Below are positions 55,454-64,000 of a stretch of DNA of 64,000 nucleotides, piece after piece (the stretch's first letter is position 1; each line of letters starts with the position of its first letter). Both the position numbers and the translations under genes were made by a program. The stretch spans positions 44,764,001 to 44,828,000 of the forward strand of contig NC_043002.1 in assembly GCF_006345805.1 (NCBI RefSeq), read 5' to 3'. The notes under the pieces are model-generated. The model worked only from the letters and a program-made list of their open reading frames with translations. It searched no databases and was not told where the DNA came from. The DNA is from Octopus sinensis. Its lineage: Eukaryota.

Positions 55454-57659
55454 AATAAGACAAAGTAGAAAATACTAAAATAATTTTATCATGAAAAATA
55501 TTTTAGTACCGGTTTCAGGCCTCGCGACGTTTTCGAGTAAAGCATGAAAAACAATTAAATTGTGGAAAAATTAAATGAAATGGTTTTTTCAAAATATTTC
55601 CATAGTTTTCAAATGCAAGGGACATTTTCCTTTTCTCTGTCTGTATCTCTCTTTTTTTTACTCGTTTGAGGGCTTGGTAGCGGGTAGCAGGTAACAGCAG
55701 TCCTAATATTTGATATGAGTTCTTGGATTTGATTGTTTAAGCAGCAGTAGTATCTGAGGAAGGAGGCAGAGAAGAAAGAAGAAGAAGAAGAAGAAGAAGA
55801 AGAAGAAGAAGAAGAAGAAGAAGAAGAAGAAGAAGAAGAAGAAGAAAGAGTAGGAAAAGAATAGAAAGAATAATAGAAATACGGGGGTGGTATGACAGTA
55901 GTAGGATGTAACTTAACGGTGAACTGTTGTAATTGTAACAGTAGTGTTTGGAATTGCTTTGAATAAATTCATGGATAGTGATTGTTCTGAATATATTGTT
56001 TTTAATATTTGTGTGGGTATTATTCTAAGGCCCTTGTAATAGTATCATTTGTGGTGGACGCATTCAAAAGGGTTTATATTTTTGTGATAAAATATGACAC
56101 TTTTCTAATGCGCTGACGACAAGTTGAATCGTCCCTGATTTGATAGAGGCGAAAAAATTTGAAGCTGGGTTGTTTGTTAGTGGCGCAAATGTCGATGTGT
56201 TCGCTGAATGATATTTTTCTGTATTCGCGAATTTTGATCTGGGATCTATGTAGAACCATTCTTTGACGTAGACTGTCTTTGGTTTGGCCTATGTTTTGCT
56301 CTCGGCACCCAGAACAAGTTAATACATATATAAGGTTGTCCGAAGCACATGTGAAATTGTTTTTCACTGTAAAGCTTTGACCCTGTTTCAAAGAGAACTC
56401 CGATTCCTAAGTTAGGTTGACGCATATACCACAGTTAGATCATCCGTATTCTTTTACTGACGGCTTCAGTGTTGTCGAGCGTACTTGGGCTTGTGTTAAA
56501 CTTTTCATAGATTTGGGTTGTTTTTTACTCTTTATGATGGTGGTCCATTTTTAGTAGGGGAATTTTCTGGAGGATTGTGTCGAGGGTTTCATTGTTAAGG
56601 TGGTTGTGTGTCGAAGGTTTCATTGTTAAGAGGGTTGTGTGTCGATATGTATGGTAGGGCTTTTGGCTGCAAATCCTTCTCTAATTTGGGATGTATGAGT
56701 TCGTGGATGTTGAGTTGTAGGGCACGTTGAAAACTTATATGAATTAGTGATGGTGGGTAGTTCCTGGTAATGAGCGTATCCTTTAGTTCATGTAGTCGTG
56801 TGCCCTGGTACTTGGAAGTTGTTGATGGCTATATTCCATCGGAAATTGAATATTTATATCAAATCCATTTATAAGTGATTGAAATTCTTTAAGTCTCTCT
56901 ATACTTTGATGCCAAAGAATGAAACCCTCATCCAGACACCTTTTCCATTTATTTTCTATGTGGCGGGAGAATAGGTTGCCATATTTTTCTAGTACCTTAC
57001 GATAAAGACTGATTTCTAGATATCCCATGACTAGGTTAGCAAGGAGGGGGCCATTCTCGTACCCATCGCAGTCCCCGATTTTTGTCGATAGAAGTTATCT
57101 TTGAAGACAAAGTAGTCATTCTCCAATATAAATTTTAGCCCTTCTATTACGAATTCTTTTATGATGCAATGTGAGAGTTCATTGGAGTAATTCTCTACCC
57201 GGAATTGGATTGCCTCTATTCCTAGGCTCTGGGGGATATTAGATAGAGGTTGACTACAGTGAAGGATACTAGTAGGGTGTTTTTGTTTATTGTTTTAGGG
57301 AGGTGATTGAACATATCTAGGTCCTAGCTTTTGATGTGCTTGAGGAATCGTTTTAAGAGGGTATCTAAAAGTTACTGAGATGGTGGGTTTCGCATGCGGG
57401 ACCTGCTATTATAGGTCTTAATTTGACGTTATTAAGAGTAAAGACCTTGATTTTTATGTCTGTAGCTATCCTGCATGCGTTACTTATTTTCTCATTTTTG
57501 TGTATCTTACCAATACCGTAAAACTGACAGGATTTACTTTTGAAGTTAGTCATATAATCGTATTCCTTATCGGTGAGCCATTCTCTGTATAGGTTTAATA
57601 TAGATTTTAGGTTTCTTATTCTTTTCTATTGACAGTAGTGTTGAACATTTTCATAATAT

Positions 57660-57807
57660 TATTTACATTATTTATAATTGAAGGATATGTGTCCTCATCT
57701 TGTTTGTTGTTAACACAGCGTTTCGGCTGATATATCCTCCAGCCTTCATAAGATGTCTTGGGGTTCGTAGCCCGCGCTCTTAACCACTACGCCATATGCC
57801 CGTGGGC

Positions 57808-57893
<86 letters not shown>

Positions 57894-58080
57894 CAACATC
57901 GAAAAGTACCTTAGGAATGAGAACCCAGGTTCGAAATTTCCACAAGACACCTGATGAAGGCTGGAGGGTATATCAGCCGAAACGTTGTGTTAACAACAAA
58001 CAAGATGAGGACAAATATCCGTCAATTGTAAATAATGTAAATAATTTACATAATTCCTCATCTCTTAGATATAGAACTGT
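57660..58080. mobile_element. 421-bp fold-back insertion: inverted hammerhead arms, a tRNA half and (AAT)n, with a 13-bp target duplication
   Basis: ATTTTCATAATAT at 57647-57659 and 58081-58093; ~105-bp arms at 57655-57760 and 57943-58050; minus-strand GGCGTAGTGGTTAAGAGCGCGGGCTAC at ~57766-57792. Confidence 0.8.
57946..57991 (+). ncRNA. Minimal (dimer-type) hammerhead ribozyme motif
   Basis: GACAC-CTGATGA-A-GGCTG(GAGGGTATAT)CAGCC-GAAA-CGTT-GTGTT; palindromic AACGTT replaces helix III, as described for PLE minimal hammerheads. Confidence 0.7.
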
Positions 58081-59353
58081 ATTTTCATAATATGTTGTCT
58101 TCTAATATGGATAGTACTAGAGTTATATGGTATATCGTATCCATTAAGACAACTGCACTACCTTTATAAGCCTCTTTGATTGTTATTGTTTTATCATCTT
58201 TTAATTTGTTCAATTCAGCCTATTCGTTCCTGCTGAAGTTTGACTTGTGTTTTTGTTTGTGTATATGCTGATATAGGTAATTCGTGATATATTCACAGAA
58301 ATGGTCGAGAATTTTGTTCTTACCTTTTGATGGGGTGTAGTTACTTCTTGTTCGGACTAACGATTCGTCCTTGTTGTATTTGTCGTATAGTTCCTCAGTC
58401 AGTCGTAATTTTCTACAGAATTCCGCGACGTCTTCTTTCATTTCATTTCGTTGAGACGTTGTAGGTAGGTGTAAACTTGAGCCGTTTGGAGAGTATGTTG
58501 ATTTGATTTGCTGTTAGTTGTTTGTGAGTTAGATTGATTATTTTTATCCCTTTTGGTTCCTCCTGTCTGTCTGGTGCTATTTCGTATCTCTGTGTTTGCG
58601 TATTGGGTCTAAAAATGATTGAGGTGATTGGGATGGTAGCTGTTATGTAGTGGTTCCCTGTTGTTTTGGGGTGCCCTGTTGTAATTTATGGTGCTGGTTC
58701 TTGGACAGGTATTGAAAAGTGTGTCCCTATATCCCATGTTCGGAAGTGATGTTTTAGGGAGCCGTCATTGGTAAATATTACGTGTAGTACAAGTTTGTTG
58801 TGTGTCGTTGTTTATTAGATTGTTGGAAAGAAAATTCCGTCTGTAACTCCTTATGTGTGATGGGGAGGTTGCAATGTCTATCCTGCGGGAAGTGATTTTT
58901 CATTTCTCTGTTTGATATTGAGGTCCTTCCGATGTTGTTTCGCTGGTGGGTTACAAACTTAGGGTTAGCTCTTGTATTCTTTTTTCGCTAGGGGTGATAG
59001 TTCCGTTTTTTAGACAGGTGTGAATCTCTGCTTGGGTGTTGTTTTGATTTTCTTATTTTTTGGAGAGGGTTGTTGGAAGCGTATTCTGTTTGAAGGACAG
59101 TTTCATAGTTTAAGGACAAAGTGGCGCTTTTTTCCCAGCGTTGGTGGGATTTCAGTTCTTCTTTATCACAGTCCATGCATTTTAAAACTATGGAAATTTA
59201 ATTGTTTTTCATGCTTTACTCTTACTTGAAAAAGTCGCAAAGATTGAAACCGGAACTACAATATACTTCATGATAAAATTATTTTAGCATTTTCTACCTT
59301 GTCTCATTTTCCTTATACATACCAACTCGTGTGTTCCTTTCCAACATTCTACG

Positions 59354-60005
<652 letters not shown>

Positions 60006-60015
60006 TATATATATA

Positions 60016-60094
<79 letters not shown>

Positions 60095-60222
60095 TGTATA
60101 AATGTATACGTATGTACATGTGTGTATAAATGTATATGCATGTGTGCATGTGTATATTTATATATGTGTTTGTGCGTATATTTGTTTGTACATATATATA
60201 TCTGTATGTATATCTATCAATT

Positions 60223-60312
<90 letters not shown>

Positions 60313-60464
60313 TGTGTGTGTGTGTGTGCATAAATAGATAGATAGATACATACATACGTACATGCATGCATATATGTGTATACATACAAATGTACAACTG
60401 TTCAACCAGCATGTGCTGAAGAAATTTCGTCAACCGGCATCTGTGCTTTTTGCTTCTATACGAG

Positions 60465-61640
60465 ATGAATTTTCAGTACGATTACCGCAGTGTACGGCGT
60501 TTATAACAATACATCGAAGGAAGCTTGGATGGGTAAATTAATATTCGTTATAAAGACCGCTTCCGTTGATAATAGGTAACTTATTGACAGCCCCTAAGCT
60601 CTTTTCACCATCATTGACTGCTTAGGCAGTGTTAAACTAAATCGGCTTGGCGGATTTTCGATTTATTATTTGGTACTTGGGCACCTCTAGCTGATGATGC
60701 GCAATTTACGCAGAAATCACGTGATACATCAGTCCCATCCGGCAGTGCTGACCAAATTACGTCAGACGATATAATCTATGATTTATAACACCTAACTTCT
60801 GTACGAGATGGTTTCTCAGAACAATCGCCACACATCCACTTATGATGATTATCAAGTTAATATTCTTTACAAAGGCTGCTTCCGTCACTAATAGCTAATA
60901 ATACTGTGTGCACATATTCCTGAGTGTGACTTCTATTTTATCATTCTTTACTTTTGCGAACCATGTTATTGGTCCACTGGACGATGTTGTGACAATTCTA
61001 ATTCCATACTGTCTACCTATGATATTTATTGTAAGCATAAAAATTATGAGAAGATAATAAATGGAAATTACAACATAGTAAGAAAACAAAAATTTGTTTT
61101 ACGTCTTCAGAGAAGCCGAGAAATATGTCAGATACTGGGATAACAGATTATTGAGAACGGGCGAGTCATTACAGAAAATAATCTTTAAATGAATATTATT
61201 AGGAATAGTACAAATTACATGCAAAAACATAAACAAAGAAAACATTTTCAAGACCAGTACATGATAATGTGATAATACTGAACAACTAAACACATTCATC
61301 ATGGCTGCGAAGCTCAAGACAACTCTGAGGCGAGGTTAATCGCTGCACAAAATAAGACCTCACTCTAAAAACAAAATCTCGTAATATAGTAGAGAAGAAT
61401 TATCTTGGTGATTCTGAACATACAATCTATCACAATTTTTTCTAGCTTTCTAATCATAGCCAATGTATATTAAAGACATATTATGGCGTAGTGATATAAG
61501 TAAGAAAAATAAATAGAACACGTAGTTACTTCAGAAATAATACATGAACTACAAAATAACAAAGTATACAGATATAAGTGAAAATGTCACAATATATTGA
61601 ACAAGCGTTGGAAAAATAAATCAGCCTTTGGGAAAATACC
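60465..61640 (+). pseudogene. Intronless class A (rhodopsin-like) GPCR pseudogene with many stops and frameshifts
   Basis: Manual translation, motifs in the right order: NNTS glycosylation site, TM1 ...LIIGNLLT, TM2 IGLADF/LLFG, TM3 end RW..TIATHPL, TM4 CVHIFLSVTSILSFF, TM5 VVTILIPYCLPMIFIVSIKIMRR, TM6-like RRIILVILNIQSITIFSSFLII, TM7/H8-like SEIIHELQNNKVYR. Confidence 0.6.
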
Positions 61641-62029
61641 TTGAACAGATTGAGAAACTTAAGTAATACAGAAATGCCTAGTTTGCAACTAAAGTTTATT
61701 TGTACTGACATCCGACATTACTACAAATGCCATGTTCATGGCTTAAACACCTCTAATCGCAATTTCGTTGAGTTATAGTCACTCTGGGTCTAAAGAATAA
61801 GGTTTAATCACGAGAGCTCTAGAAACACGAGAGCTCCTTGCTAATAGGTCTGGCAAACTTGGGATAATTATGTTCTTCCAAAAGTTCATGAGAAATAAAA
61901 TTCATATGCATAACAAATTAGTATCTCAACCAATAATTTATAACGATTTGAAAGATATGTTTGCACAAAAACACATATGCATATACACAAATTTTGTTTC
62001 AGATTCTGGCACAAGGCCAACCATTTTTA

Positions 62030-62277
62030 GGCAAAGGGAGTCTTGGTGGATTACATCGATCTCAGTGTTCAACTCATTCTTAAAAGAATTAAAGGTAATG
62101 TCGACCTTGAATTCAACGTATATGCTGCCAATAATTTTCTCCAGTGGGCAGACGTTTCTACCAGTTACGCAATGGGGTCGATGTAATCGACTCAATGCCC
62201 TTACCCAAGCTGTCCTTGTGGCAAAGAAGTGAAATTACAATAATAATAATAATAATAAATATCATTATTATTATTAT

Positions 62278-62309
<32 letters not shown>

Positions 62310-62715
62310 TAGTAGTAGTAGTAGTAGGAAGGCGGCGAGCTGGCAGAAACGTTAGCACGCCGGGCGAAGTACTTAGCGGTATTTTGTCTGCCCCTACGTT
62401 CTGAGTTCAAATTGCGCCGAGGTCAACTTTGCCTTTCATCCTTTCGGGGTCGATTAAATAAGTACCAGTTACACACTGGGGTCGATATAATCGACTTAAT
62501 CCGTTTGTCTGTCCTTGTTTGTCCCCTCTGTGTGTAGCCCCTTGTGTGCAGTAAAGAAATCGGTATTTCGTCTGCCGCTACGTTCTGAGTTCAAATTCCG
62601 CCGGAGTCGACTTTGCCTTTCATCCTTTCGGGGTTGATTAATTAAGTAACAGTGAAACATTGGGGTCGATGTAATCAATTAGTCCCCCACCATATTTCAG
62701 GCTTTGTGCCTATAA
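62030..62715 (+). mobile_element. Family A SINE cluster (62030-62245; 62328-62715 long variant)
   Basis: GGCGGCGAGCTGGCAGAAACGTTAGCACGCCGGGCG head and two CTTTGCCTTTCATCCTTTCGGGGT cores. Confidence 0.9.
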
Positions 62716-64000
62716 AATCCCATGTGATCTTTGCATTATCATTTTCGATTATGCTTTCGGGTTTATGTTCGGACCACTTTTTTGCTCTGTCAAATCCATA
62801 ATTATTGCAAAGTGTCCAATGGCCAATCCTTGCTATATTGCCATGGCGTCTTTTCGCACATTCGCTGGTAAAATGCTATACGGTTTCACAGTTTTGTCCA
62901 CAAATTCTGTACTTATCACTTTCTGATGTGTTGTGTATTCTGTATTTTATGTAATCAGTTCTTCATACTTGATCTTGGGCAAGGCAGATCAGAGCCTGCG
63001 TTTTAAATCCCTTTTAGTTATCCATAGCCACCTTTTTTCTCTGTCTGTACTATCTTCAACACCCCTATGAAATTGTCCATGCATTCTTTTCTTTATCAAC
63101 CTATTTTCAGTTTCATTCATTCTCAAGTCCTTAAGCAGTGCTTTATCTTTGCAATCTTCCATTCTACTCAAGCCTGACATTCTTACTGCCAATGGTAGCA
63201 GTTCTGTAGCATTTTTACATACCATGCTATGTTTTTTTTCTGCTCTAATGCTGTGTTAGCATCTAGTCAGTCTCCTTCACCCACTTTTTCTTGGTACATA
63301 CAGTCTGTCTGAGTCACGCTTTGAGTGGATTAGTCCATAGCTAGTTAGCAACTTCCTTGTCTTTCTGTTTAGGCTGTTTAGTTCGTTTACTGTTCATGTG
63401 ATTTCCTCAGCTGCATATCTAAGGATTAAGACCGCCCAGGTATTGATAGCTGCAATCTTATTCCGTTCGTTTTATTTTGACTTAAGGATCAGTCTCTGTC
63501 TGCGAAAGTACTCCACCTTAAATTTTTCAGTCTTTTCTTTGTTCATCAATTTATCCATTTCCAATATCCACAAGAACTTATAGCCCGTCTCTTATATCTG
63601 CTTCATAACCTCTACCGACGGTACCGCTAGCGCGTCCATACATTTAATTTTGCTTCCCTTCAAGACTAAGACATTACACATTTTCAGTCCGAACTCCATT
63701 CTGATATCAGCACTGAAAGTACACACCATATCAACGGAGAAACTGACTTGGGATTAATCTTTACCATAAAGTGTGAGGTCATCCATGGTTTAACAAGACT
63801 TTGCTTTCCTCAGAATCAGCGTTAGTGGTTTTATGCACAGTAAAAAGATCAGTGGGGACAGGCAGTCCCCTTGGAAGATGCCTTTCCTGATTTCTATTGT
63901 CCTTAAACTTCTTCCATATGTTGTCAGTTCTGTCCTCCACTTCTCCATACTTTTTCCAAGCAAGTGCTCAACATTCGATGCAATACCCCATAGGTTCATA
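62715..64000 (-). mobile_element. R4/Dong-like LINE, RT and C-terminal region, running off the window end
   Basis: IRKGIFQGDCLSPLIF RT motif; MHGQFHR...WLWI; RHGNIARIGHWTLC...ITWDF. Confidence 0.85.

Larger units (their letters stand above)
55445..59317 (-). mobile_element. Decayed Neptune-like Penelope element (N-terminus, RT, GIY-YIG) bounded by ~120-bp inverted repeats
   Basis: FYGIGKIHK...LRPIIAGP; WKRCLDEGF; FTCASDNLIYVLTCSGC...IGQTKDSLRQRMVLHRSQI; 55445-55561 is inversely similar to 59195-59317; (GAA)n at 55770-55846. Confidence 0.85.

Noticed and set aside
60895-61317. Hydrophobic minus-strand ORFs suggesting a transporter or ion channel
   Set aside because: No family motif was found, and ordered GPCR motifs on the + strand explain the region better.

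Overview
This is AT-rich eukaryotic genomic DNA, dense in microsatellites and transposons, with no intact protein-coding gene. The repeat repertoire (tRNA-derived SINEs with AAT tails, Penelope-like elements, R4/Dong-like LINE pieces, Tc1/mariner, Helitron-like elements, long TA/AGAT/TATG/AAT arrays) suggests a cephalopod, probably Octopus; this is an inference, not a database result. Most ORFs in the supplied track are microsatellite translations. Beyond the repeats I see: (i) a decayed single-exon class A GPCR pseudogene (+, ~60.47-61.64 kb); (ii) a signal-peptide ORF ending in a TAG, followed by decayed Thr/Gln-rich sequence and candidate exons (+, 23.97-27.54 kb); (iii) weak FN3-like exon remnants on the minus strand; (iv) several hammerhead-ribozyme cores tied to Penelope-like terminal repeats, including a 421-bp fold-back unit with a 13-bp target duplication that fuses a tRNA half to a hammerhead; (v) an ORF1-only Tx1/L1-like retroelement inserted into a SINE. 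All alignments and translations were done by eye, so identities and diffuse boundaries are approximate.
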